Shown in pieces: positions 56,312 to 64,000 of a stretch of 64,000 bases of DNA; the first letter of the stretch is position 1; every line of letters starts with the position of its first letter. The stretch comes from an uncultured Chryseobacterium sp. (lineage in GTDB: Bacteria; Bacteroidota; Bacteroidia; Flavobacteriales_D; Sanyastnellaceae). The position numbers and the translations under genes were made by a program. The notes under the pieces were generated by a model. The model saw only the letters and a program-made list of their open reading frames with translations. It was not told the origin of the DNA and did no database searches. The stretch covers positions 5,233 to 69,232 of the forward strand of contig CAZNVU010000001.1 of NCBI GenBank assembly GCA_964576575.1, read 5' to 3'.

Positions 56312-58525
56312 TTATGAAAATTCAGACTCGATTCTGTCAACGGTTAATACGCCATCTACAGCCTTGAGGTTTTTGATTAGATCGTTCAAATGCGCGGTAT
56401 CATGGACCAACACAACGACACGACCACTGAAAATACCATCTATGGCTTCAAATGATATGGCTCTCATGTTTACCCTCATATCCGTAGAAATGATATTGGT
56501 GATCTTTTGAACCAATCCTACATCATCAATTCCGGTGAATTTTAAACCTACTTCAAACTGAACCAAATTCTGACTATTCCATCTGGCCTTGATAACGCGA
56601 TATGCAAATTTGCTCATCATCTCCTGAGCGTTGGGACAGGAAGTGCGGTGAATTTTTATGCCTTCATCGACCGTGGTAAAGCCAAAAACTTCATCTCCTG
56701 GTATGGGATTGCAGCACGTAGCTAGGCTAAAATCCACCTTCTGTTCAGCATCACCAATAACAACGGAGCTGCCAACACTTGGCGCTGTGGTGATTATTTT
56801 TGTAGACTCCTCCGAAGATGATTTTTCCTTTTTTCGATTAACTTTTATTCTTCCACCCTCAATTTTGAAGCTTTTGAAATCTTTTAATACAACTTTTTCT
56901 TTGGCAATTCTGAAATAAAGTTCTTGGGAGGAGAAAGTTTCGAAGTACTTTACCATTTCATCGATGTTGACGGCCAACCAATCGGCATGTATGCTTTGGA
57001 AAAACTTCCGAAGCAAAGATTTTCCCTCCTCCGCAATTTCTTTCCTTTCTTCTTTTAAAGCTACTTTGATTTTCTGACGTGCACTAGCCGTAACAACAAT
57101 ACTCAACCATTCTTCTTTTGGCCTTTGTTTCTTAGACGTTAAAATTTCTATTTGATCACCACTTCTGATGACATGGCTCATGGGAACCAATTTATGATTG
57201 ACTTTTGCGCCAATGCATTGGGAACCAATTTGAGAATGTATATTGAAAGCAAAGTCCAATGCGGTGGATCCTTTGGGCAATGTTTTTAAATCACCACTGG
57301 GAGTAAAGACATAGATTTCTTCCGAGAAAAGTGAAAGTTTGAAATTGTCAATGAATTCCAGCGCATCGTCACCAGGATTTTCCAGTACCTCACGCACCTG
57401 GCTCAACCATTTGTCCAACTTGCTCTCTGGTGATTCAACTGTTCCTTTGTATTTCCAGTGAGCAGCATATCCTTTTTCGGCAAGGTCATCCATTCTTAAT
57501 GAACGAATTTGAACTTCCACCCATTTTCCAGAAGGAGACATGACGGTGGTGTGCAACGCCTCGTAACCAGAAGATTTGGGAATGCTTATCCAGTCCCTTA
57601 AACGCTCAGGGCTGGGTTGATAGTAATCGGTTACTGCGGCATAAACTCGCCAGCATTCACTTTTCTCATGTTCTTCATCACTATCAATGATGATGCGGAT
57701 GGCAAATAAGTCATATATCTCTTCAAAAGGAACCCCTTTCTGATGTATTTTATTCCAAATGGAGTAAATCGATTTTGTTCTGCTTTTGATTTCATATTTC
57801 ACCCCCATTTCATCTAATGCACGACGAATGGGTAGGGTAAATTGATTGATGAATCGTGTTCTTACAGCTTGTGTCTTTTGTAATTTGGCGGTAATGTCAT
57901 CATAAGCATCGGAATCTTGGAATTTGAGGCTGAGATCTTCTAATTCTGTCTTGATATTATACAATCCCAAGCGATGTGCAAGAGGTGCATACATGAACAA
58001 AGTCTCACTTGCAATTTTCAACTGCTTTTCCCTGGACATATGATCCAATGTTCTCATGTTGTGCAGTCTATCTGCCAGCTTAATGAGAATCACGCGGACA
58101 TCATCACTGAGCGTGAGCAACATCTTTCTAAAATTCTCTGCCTGTTGACTGGTGGTTTGGTGATCAAAAACACCAGATATTTTGGTTAAACCATCAATGA
58201 TAATCCGCTCTTTTTTCCCAAAAAGATTCTCAATATCATCTAAGGTGATATAAGTATCTTCTACTGTATCATGCAGCAAGGCACAAACAATCGCCAAAGT
58301 GCCTAGACCCAATTCCTCTGCGGCAATTTTTGCAACTGCTAGGGGGTGATAGATGTACGGCTCACCGCTCTTGCGTCGCATATCCTTGTGGGCCTCCAAT
58401 GCCACATTAAAGGCCTTTCTTATGAGGTTGCGCTCGTTTCTTGTTTTTGAGCGATTGCACACACGCAATAGGCTGCGGTATCTTCTGACAATCTCTTTGT
58501 TTTCTTCAATTAAATCAATTTCCAC
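56312..58525 (-). CDS. relA: Bifunctional (p)ppGpp synthetase/hydrolase (RelA/SpoT family)
   Basis: It has an HD hydrolase domain (LLHDTVEDT), a synthetase domain (SGYEALHTTV), then TGS and ACT-like C-terminal regions. The start is GTG, since a stop lies 3 codons upstream. Confidence 0.9.
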   Translation of the reverse strand: MEIDLIEENKEIVRRYRSLLRVCNRSKTRNERNLIRKAFNVALEAHKDMRRKSGEPYIYHPLAVAKIAAEELGLGTLAIVCALLHDTVEDTYITLDDIENLFGKKERIIIDGLTKISGVFDHQTTSQQAENFRKMLLTLSDDVRVILIKLADRLHNMRTLDHMSREKQLKIASETLFMYAPLAHRLGLYNIKTELEDLSLKFQDSDAYDDITAKLQKTQAVRTRFINQFTLPIRRALDEMGVKYEIKSRTKSIYSIWNKIHQKGVPFEEIYDLFAIRIIIDSDEEHEKSECWRVYAAVTDYYQPSPERLRDWISIPKSSGYEALHTTVMSPSGKWVEVQIRSLRMDDLAEKGYAAHWKYKGTVESPESKLDKWLSQVREVLENPGDDALEFIDNFKLSLFSEEIYVFTPSGDLKTLPKGSTALDFAFNIHSQIGSQCIGAKVNHKLVPMSHVIRSGDQIEILTSKKQRPKEEWLSIVVTASARQKIKVALKEERKEIAEEGKSLLRKFFQSIHADWLAVNIDEMVKYFETFSSQELYFRIAKEKVVLKDFKSFKIEGGRIKVNRKKEKSSSEESTKIITTAPSVGSSVVIGDAEQKVDFSLATCCNPIPGDEVFGFTTVDEGIKIHRTSCPNAQEMMSKFAYRVIKARWNSQNLVQFEVGLKFTGIDDVGLVQKITNIISTDMRVNMRAISFEAIDGIFSGRVVVLVHDTAHLNDLIKNLKAVDGVLTVDRIESEFS

Positions 58526-58630
58526 AATTCGAAGCTAGAATCAAAACAACAATGTTGACCGCTTGATTTTTTCTTTTTGTTAAAAAGGATAGTTGGAAAA
58601 ATTAAACTTGTAATTTTTCGAGAGTTTCCA

Positions 58631-58638
58631 TATTTTTG
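58631..58638 (+). promoter_or_regulatory. Candidate -7 promoter box (TATTTTTG) with a -33-like CTTG 20 nt upstream
   Basis: A perfect TAnnTTTG match 24 nt upstream of the ATG at 58662, with CTTG at 58607-58610. It lies in the divergent relA/giant-ORF intergenic region. Confidence 0.35.
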
Positions 58639-58661
58639 ACAACTAACCAAAATTTATCTAG

Positions 58662-61600
58662 ATGAAAAAAGTTGTTTTTTTCAGCAAAATCGATGTTTTC
58701 AAGTTGCCACTTTTAGTGATTCTTGTAGCGGTTCTTCAAACGATTAGCTTTACTTCATTTGCTCAAGGTGATGAGCCGTGGACGGCTTTTACAGCTGATC
58801 CAATCACCGGTTGCGTGGATGTTACAGTCGATCCAGCATTGTATACTCCTTCAGCAAATCCAGGTGCTCCAGGTTGTGCAAATAATCCCTCTTGGCAAGG
58901 AGTTCAGCAAGCGGATGTTTGGTTTGCATTGGTGGTACCTTCTTCAGGTGTCCTTTTGTTGAACCCGCAAGGTACAGTCGACGCAGGTATGGCGGCCTAC
59001 ACCCTTGATGGATCAACGGGATTGTACACTTTGTTGGCTTGTGATGATGACACTGGTCCTGGCCTGATGCCACAGATTAATGTTACGACGGTTCCTGCTG
59101 GAGAAATAGTGTACGTTCAATTATGGGCTTATGCTGGTGGGCTGATTAACTTTAGCTTATGTTCTTCAGATTGTGAAGCTCCAACGGCCTATTATTCTGA
59201 TGCGGATGGTGATGGTTTTGGAAACAACAGCAACGCAATTTATACTTGTACACCAGACCCATCATTGATTACGGACAATACGGATTGTAATGATGCCGAC
59301 GCAACAATCAATACAGCTGCTGTTGAAATTTGTTATGATTTGATTGATAACAACTGCGATACACAAATAGATGAAGGTTGTATAGTTGACGCTGATGGAG
59401 ATGGTTTTACCTCAGATGTTGATTGCAATGATGGTGATCCCAACATTAATCCTAGTGCAGTCGAATTGTGTGATTTAATTGACAATAACTGTAACACCAT
59501 AATAGACGAAGGTTTTGATCAAGATGGTGATGGTTTTACCTCTTGTAATGGTGATTGTGACGATAGTAACCCTTCTGTTTTCATTGGAGCATCTTGTGAT
59601 GATGGTAATCCCAACAGCTCCAGTGATGTGATTCAGGCGGATTGTTCCTGCGCTGGAGCAATTGGAGACGATCCATCATCAGCCTTTACGGCTGATCCAA
59701 CAACGGGGTGTATCGATATTACGGTTGACCCAACAACTTACACAATCTCCACAGTAGTTGCTGCTCCGGGTTGTGCTGGTAACTCTGTTGGTAGCGAGAA
59801 TCCAGATGTTTGGGTGCTTTTGAATGCGCCATCCAATGGAGAGCTTTTGTTGTCTCCACAGGGAACCGGCGATGCAGGAATGGCAGCCTACAGTTACGAC
59901 GCAGGAACCAACACATACACTCTTTTGGGTTGTAATGACGATTCAGGGCCTGGACTGATGCCTTTGTTGAGTTTGACAGGGTTAATTCCAGGCTCCCCAA
60001 TATACATTCAGCTTTGGGCCTACAATCCGGGAAACACACTTAATTTTTATTTTTGCTCTTCAGATTGTACAACAGCATTGGCCTACTTCATGGATGCCGA
60101 TGCTGATGGTTTTGGTGACAATAGCCAAGCTCCTGTTTTAACATGTACTCCAGACGCGAATATGGTTTTGGACGGCACAGATTGTAACGATGCAAGTAGC
60201 ACTTCTTACCCAGGAGCTACTGAATTCTGCGACGGTTTAGATAATGACTGCAATGGATTGAACGACGATAACTGCGTTGGTCTTGTCGATAATGATGGGG
60301 ATGGATTTACCTCGGATGTAGACTGTGATGATAGCAACATCTCCATCAATCCAGCAGCCATAGAGGTTTGTGATGGAATTGATAACAACTGTAATATTGA
60401 AATCGATGAGTTTGTTAGCACCGAATACTACGCGGATTTGGATGGCGATGGATTTGGTGATGTGAATAATACGGTATTCGATTGTTCTCAACCAGGAGGA
60501 TATGTCACCAACTTTGATGATTGTAACGATGCAAGTATCACCTATGTCGACGGTGACGGTGACGGAGACGGTTCTTCAGTTATTGATGCTTGCGGTTCAA
60601 CAACCAATGGGGATTGTGCGGATAATAACCCAGCTGTGAGCTCTTTGGCTTCAGAAATTTGCGAAAATGGTATCGACGATGATTGCACTGGCGGTGATGC
60701 TCTTTGTGCAGGAGTTGATTTGGATGCTGACGGATTTAATGCCCCAGCGGATTGTAATGATAACGATGCCTCTATTAATCCAGGTGCCGTTGAAGTTTGT
60801 GGTGATGCAATTGATCAGAATTGTTCCGGTGTAGCCGATGAAGGCTGTACCGCCTCAGACAATGACGGAGATGGATTTGATGCATTGACTGACTGTAATG
60901 ACAATTGTGCAACAATTTATCCTGGCGCACCATGTAACGATGGCAATGCTGGCACAATAGACGAAACATTACAGGCAGATTGTACTTGTGGTGGTGGAAC
61001 AACAATCACATCATGTTTGGGACCCCAAAGTATTTCATTTGAGCCATTGCCAACAGCAGGTACTTGGCCTGTTGGAACCAATGTTACAATTTGTTATTCT
61101 TTGGATTATGGACAAAATTCAGGAGATTGGTTAGACGGGATGGCAATTTCCCTTGGAACAGGCTGGTCTTTGGCTACTCCTCTTACTCCACCTTTGGAAT
61201 GTAATGGTGGTCCCGGTGATTGGATTTGGCAAGAAAGTATCGCTCCAACAGGTGGTTCAGCCTTTCCTGCTGGCCAAGGATACTACTATGACTATACCAT
61301 TGATGGAAACGGAGGAAATGATTGGGGTGATGCAGGATCTTGTGTATTCAATATGTGTTTTACTGCCACAACAGTTGCTACGGTTGACCTGGCCGTTACT
61401 ATTGCCTCAGGTGGAGATAGTCAATTTGGAAGTTACACCTCTACAGCGGGTTGTCCAATAGAACCATTTACTGTTGATCCTGTTTCATTGCCAGTATGTT
61501 CTATAGAATTCCCATTCTGCGCAACACCATCCACCTGTGATCCTATTACCAATCAATATACTTTGGTTCAAGCACAGAACAACTACATCAATACCACTTT

Positions 61601-64000
61601 GGCTCCAGGCACTGGAACTTTGGATTTATTATTGGACGGAAACGTTATTCAAACTTGGAACGCTCCTTTCAATTCAGTTATTCCATTGAATATTACTGGA
61701 TTGAACTCGGATGGTGCTAATCATACTTTGATGGCGATGTACTCTGCAAACCCTGGTTGTATGGGAACAACTACATATGTTGCTCCTGCTTTCTGTGCTG
61801 GCCAAGATGATGATGCGGACGGATACGTAGCTGCTGATGATTGTAATGATTTAGATGCCACTGTTAATCCAGGAGCTCCAGAGATTTGCGACTTGCAAGA
61901 CAACAATTGTGATGGTGTAATTGACGAGAATCAAGATGCTGACGGAGATGGATTCACCTCGTGTAATGGAGATTGTAACGATGCAGATAATACTGTCTGG
62001 ATTGGAGCTACTTGTGATGATGGAGATGCAACAACCACCAACGATTTGATTCAGGTAGATTGCACTTGTGCAGGCGTTTTGGGTGATGAGCCATCAAATG
62101 CCTTCACAGCTGATCCTGCTACCGGCTGTATCGATATAACGGTTGATCCAACGGCCTATACCATTAGTACTGTAGTTGCTGCACCAGGTTGTGCAGGAAA
62201 TACTGTAGGTAGTGAGAATCCAGATGTTTGGGTATTGGTTAATGCTCCTGCAAATGGTGAGTTATTCTTGTCTCCTCAAGGTACGGGTGATGCTGGTATG
62301 GCAGCCTATAACTACGATGCAGGAACCAATACTTATACATTGTTGGGTTGTGATGATGATACTGGTCCAGGATTAATGCCTCAATTGACCTTAACCGGAT
62401 TAACACCAGGCGCCCCAATTTATATCCAACTTTGGGCTTATAATCCTGGAAACACCATAAATTTCAGCTTCTGTTCTGCAGACTGTACAACAGCTCTAGC
62501 ATATTATCCTGATGCTGATGGTGATACTTTTGGAGACGCAACTGCAACACCGATTTTGACTTGTACTCCAGAAGCTACATGGGTAACCAATAATACCGAT
62601 TGTAATGATGCCGCAGCTAATGCATTCCCAGGAGGAACCGAGGTTTGTGGAGATAACATCGATAACAATTGTGATGGAACAGTTGACGAAGGTTGTACCA
62701 CGGATATCGATGGTGATGGCTTTGTGACAGCGGTTGATTGTGATGACAATAACGCCGCCATCAATCCTGCAGCTGTTGAAATTTGTGATCTGATTGATAA
62801 TAACTGTGATGCGGTGGTTGATGAGGGATTCGATTTGGATGGTGATGGTTTTACATCTTGTAATGGAGATTGTAATGACAATGACCCAACAGTTTGGATT
62901 GGTCAAGTTTGTAATGATGGTAACCCAGCGACGGGTGGTGATGAAATCCAGTCTGATTGCTCTTGTTTGGGCTACATTTCATTGGAAGGCGATGAGCCAT
63001 GGACAGCTTTTGCTGCTGATCCAACAACAGGTTGTTTAACTATTTCAGTTGATCCTGCTGTATACACACCATCTACCAATCCAGGTGCACCAGGTTGTGC
63101 CAATAATCCATCTTGGCAAGGTGTGCAGCAACCAGACGCTTGGTTTGTAATCGCAGTTCCAGCATCAGGTACTTTATTGTTAAATCCTCAAGGAACGGTA
63201 GACGCAGCAATGGCAGCTTACACTTTTGATGCCGCAACAGGCTTATACACACAATTGGATTGTGATGACGATACAGGACCTGGTTTAATGCCAGAGATTA
63301 CAATTACCACTGTGCCTGCTGGTGAAATGATTTACGTACAATTATGGGCATTTGGAGGCGGATTAATCGAGTTTAGTTTGTGCGCTTCAGAATGTACAGA
63401 TCCAATTGCTTATTATTCCGATGTAGACGGAGATGGATTTGGGGACAATGCTACAGCGGTTTTCTTGTGTACACCAGACCCACTTTTGGTAACAGATAAT
63501 ACAGATTGTAATGACACAGATGCAGCAATTAACACAGGAGTTGCTGAAGTTTGTAACGATTTGATCGATAATAACTGTGATACGCAAATTGATGAAGGTT
63601 GTACTACCGATGCCGATGCTGATGGTGATGTTGACGCGGTTGACTGTGCTCCATTGAATCCAAATATCAACTCAGCGGCTGTCGAAATTTGTAATACGAT
63701 TGATGATAACTGTGATGGACTCGTTGATAATGGTCTGCCAACCACTACCTACTACCTAGATGCGGATGGTGATACTTTTGGAGGAACAACCTCTATGGAG
63801 TCTTGTTTCAATCCGAACTCTCCTCCTGTTTGTTTGTATACTTTCAACTTAACAGATACCTATGGTGACGGCTGGAATGGCAATCAAATGCAATTGACCA
63901 CAAATGGAGGCGCAACTGTTGAGGCTACCGTGGGATTAACATTTACAGACGGTTTAGGAGTTCAAGAGACCGTGTTGATGACCAATAATGTCGCATATGA
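58662..64000 (+). CDS. Giant secreted Cys/Asp-rich modular protein, 3' end beyond the window (more than 1779 codons); not present in the supplied ORF track
   Basis: I translated it by hand. The ATG at 58662 is preceded by an in-frame TAG, and I saw no stop through nt 64000. It has a signal peptide MKKVVFFSKIDVFKLPLLVILVAVLQTISFTSFA/QG. At least 17 MopE-type putative metal-binding motifs (D.DGDGF...DC.D.....NP.A.E.C...DNNCD...DEG) and four roughly 135-aa PPC-like domains stay in frame at 59664, 62082 and 62988. Confidence 0.9.
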   Translation, partial: MKKVVFFSKIDVFKLPLLVILVAVLQTISFTSFAQGDEPWTAFTADPITGCVDVTVDPALYTPSANPGAPGCANNPSWQGVQQADVWFALVVPSSGVLLLNPQGTVDAGMAAYTLDGSTGLYTLLACDDDTGPGLMPQINVTTVPAGEIVYVQLWAYAGGLINFSLCSSDCEAPTAYYSDADGDGFGNNSNAIYTCTPDPSLITDNTDCNDADATINTAAVEICYDLIDNNCDTQIDEGCIVDADGDGFTSDVDCNDGDPNINPSAVELCDLIDNNCNTIIDEGFDQDGDGFTSCNGDCDDSNPSVFIGASCDDGNPNSSSDVIQADCSCAGAIGDDPSSAFTADPTTGCIDITVDPTTYTISTVVAAPGCAGNSVGSENPDVWVLLNAPSNGELLLSPQGTGDAGMAAYSYDAGTNTYTLLGCNDDSGPGLMPLLSLTGLIPGSPIYIQLWAYNPGNTLNFYFCSSDCTTALAYFMDADADGFGDNSQAPVLTCTPDANMVLDGTDCNDASSTSYPGATEFCDGLDNDCNGLNDDNCVGLVDNDGDGFTSDVDCDDSNISINPAAIEVCDGIDNNCNIEIDEFVSTEYYADLDGDGFGDVNNTVFDCSQPGGYVTNFDDCNDASITYVDGDGDGDGSSVIDACGSTTNGDCADNNPAVSSLASEICENGIDDDCTGGDALCAGVDLDADGFNAPADCNDNDASINPGAVEVCGDAIDQNCSGVADEGCTASDNDGDGFDALTDCNDNCATIYPGAPCNDGNAGTIDETLQADCTCGGGTTITSCLGPQSISFEPLPTAGTWPVGTNVTICYSLDYGQNSGDWLDGMAISLGTGWSLATPLTPPLECNGGPGDWIWQESIAPTGGSAFPAGQGYYYDYTIDGNGGNDWGDAGSCVFNMCFTATTVATVDLAVTIASGGDSQFGSYTSTAGCPIEPFTVDPVSLPVCSIEFPFCATPSTCDPITNQYTLVQAQNNYINTTLAPGTGTLDLLLDGNVIQTWNAPFNSVIPLNITGLNSDGANHTLMAMYSANPGCMGTTTYVAPAFCAGQDDDADGYVAADDCNDLDATVNPGAPEICDLQDNNCDGVIDENQDADGDGFTSCNGDCNDADNTVWIGATCDDGDATTTNDLIQVDCTCAGVLGDEPSNAFTADPATGCIDITVDPTAYTISTVVAAPGCAGNTVGSENPDVWVLVNAPANGELFLSPQGTGDAGMAAYNYDAGTNTYTLLGCDDDTGPGLMPQLTLTGLTPGAPIYIQLWAYNPGNTINFSFCSADCTTALAYYPDADGDTFGDATATPILTCTPEATWVTNNTDCNDAAANAFPGGTEVCGDNIDNNCDGTVDEGCTTDIDGDGFVTAVDCDDNNAAINPAAVEICDLIDNNCDAVVDEGFDLDGDGFTSCNGDCNDNDPTVWIGQVCNDGNPATGGDEIQSDCSCLGYISLEGDEPWTAFAADPTTGCLTISVDPAVYTPSTNPGAPGCANNPSWQGVQQPDAWFVIAVPASGTLLLNPQGTVDAAMAAYTFDAATGLYTQLDCDDDTGPGLMPEITITTVPAGEMIYVQLWAFGGGLIEFSLCASECTDPIAYYSDVDGDGFGDNATAVFLCTPDPLLVTDNTDCNDTDAAINTGVAEVCNDLIDNNCDTQIDEGCTTDADADGDVDAVDCAPLNPNINSAAVEICNTIDDNCDGLVDNGLPTTTYYLDADGDTFGGTTSMESCFNPNSPPVCLYTFNLTDTYGDGWNGNQMQLTTNGGATVEATVGLTFTDGLGVQETVLMTNNVAY
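58767..59174 (+). repeat. Intragenic domain repeat, type A copy 1 (136 aa, GDEPWTAF...FSLCSSDC)
   Basis: It aligns colinearly with 62988-63395 at the protein level, sharing PGAPGCANNPSWQGVQQ, LLLNPQGTVDA, CDDDTGPGLMP and YVQLWA. Confidence 0.85.
59664..60068 (+). repeat. Intragenic domain repeat, type B copy 1 (135 aa, GDDPSSAF...FCSSDC)
   Basis: It aligns colinearly with 62082-62486, sharing TGCIDITVDPT.YTISTVVAAPGCAGN.VGSENPDVWVL and IYIQLWAYNPGNT. Confidence 0.85.
62082..62486 (+). repeat. Intragenic domain repeat, type B copy 2
   Basis: See 59664-60068. By eye the two copies are roughly three-quarters identical at the nucleotide level, with many synonymous differences. Confidence 0.85.
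62988..63395 (+). repeat. Intragenic domain repeat, type A copy 2
   Basis: See 58767-59174. Confidence 0.85.

Noticed and set aside
58547-58557. An 11-bp palindrome CAACAATGTTG upstream of relA, considered as a Fur box or operator
   Set aside because: It is short and does not resemble the Fur consensus. A single occurrence is likely chance.
58822-63745. About ten minus-strand and three plus-strand ORFs (60-136 aa) listed in the track between 58759 and 63745
   Set aside because: All are out-of-frame or antisense shadows of the unlisted giant ORF at 58662-64000. Their sequences are low complexity, reflecting the Asp/Cys/Gly-rich sense frame.

Overview
This is a 64-kb chromosomal window that I infer comes from a Bacteroidota genome, probably Flavobacteriia-like. 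The inference rests on the T9SS genes porX and sprA, three complete T9SS C-terminal sorting domains, TAnnTTTG-type -7 boxes and the overall gene content; I cannot name the taxon by eye.

The window is very tightly packed. I call 42 protein-coding genes. The longest non-coding gap is 232 nt (3665-3896). There are many 1-14 nt gene overlaps, three convergent pairs that abut stop-to-stop, and several TTG/GTG starts.

Most of the content is housekeeping:
- Replication, repair and translation: hflX, tsaE, uvrC, ruvA, ruvC.
- Central and nucleotide metabolism: maeB, glyA, purA, CoA-transferase A/B.
- Regulation: relA/spoT, fur.
- Envelope: PBP1A, an EnvC-like activator cluster, and sugar-nucleotide/glycan genes.

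I recognised no rRNA, tRNA, CRISPR array, transposase, integrase or prophage gene.

The most notable points are:
1. An ORF of more than 1779 codons at 58662-64000 (+) is absent from the supplied ORF track because it runs off the window. It encodes a signal-peptide-bearing, Cys/Asp-rich modular giant with a mirrored A-B-core-B-A domain order.
2. The 5'-truncated giant gene at the other window edge carries seven exact-phase 138-bp tandem coding repeats with mosaic identity. It shares a Cys-rich module with the hidden giant.
3. A T9SS-targeted protein carries all six copper ligands in PHM/DBH-like spacing plus an N-terminal CxxCH heme-c motif. It lies at the end of a tightly coupled string of genes.
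4. A T9SS-targeted CotH-kinase-family protein also carries a lamin-tail domain.
5. A perfect TGTGA-N6-TCACA palindrome lies upstream of an HD-hydrolase/porX/tsaE operon.

I did not find a convincing new multi-gene system such as a defence island. The items above are the best candidates for novelty and are scored accordingly. All product calls rest on motifs I could read in the translations, not on database searches.
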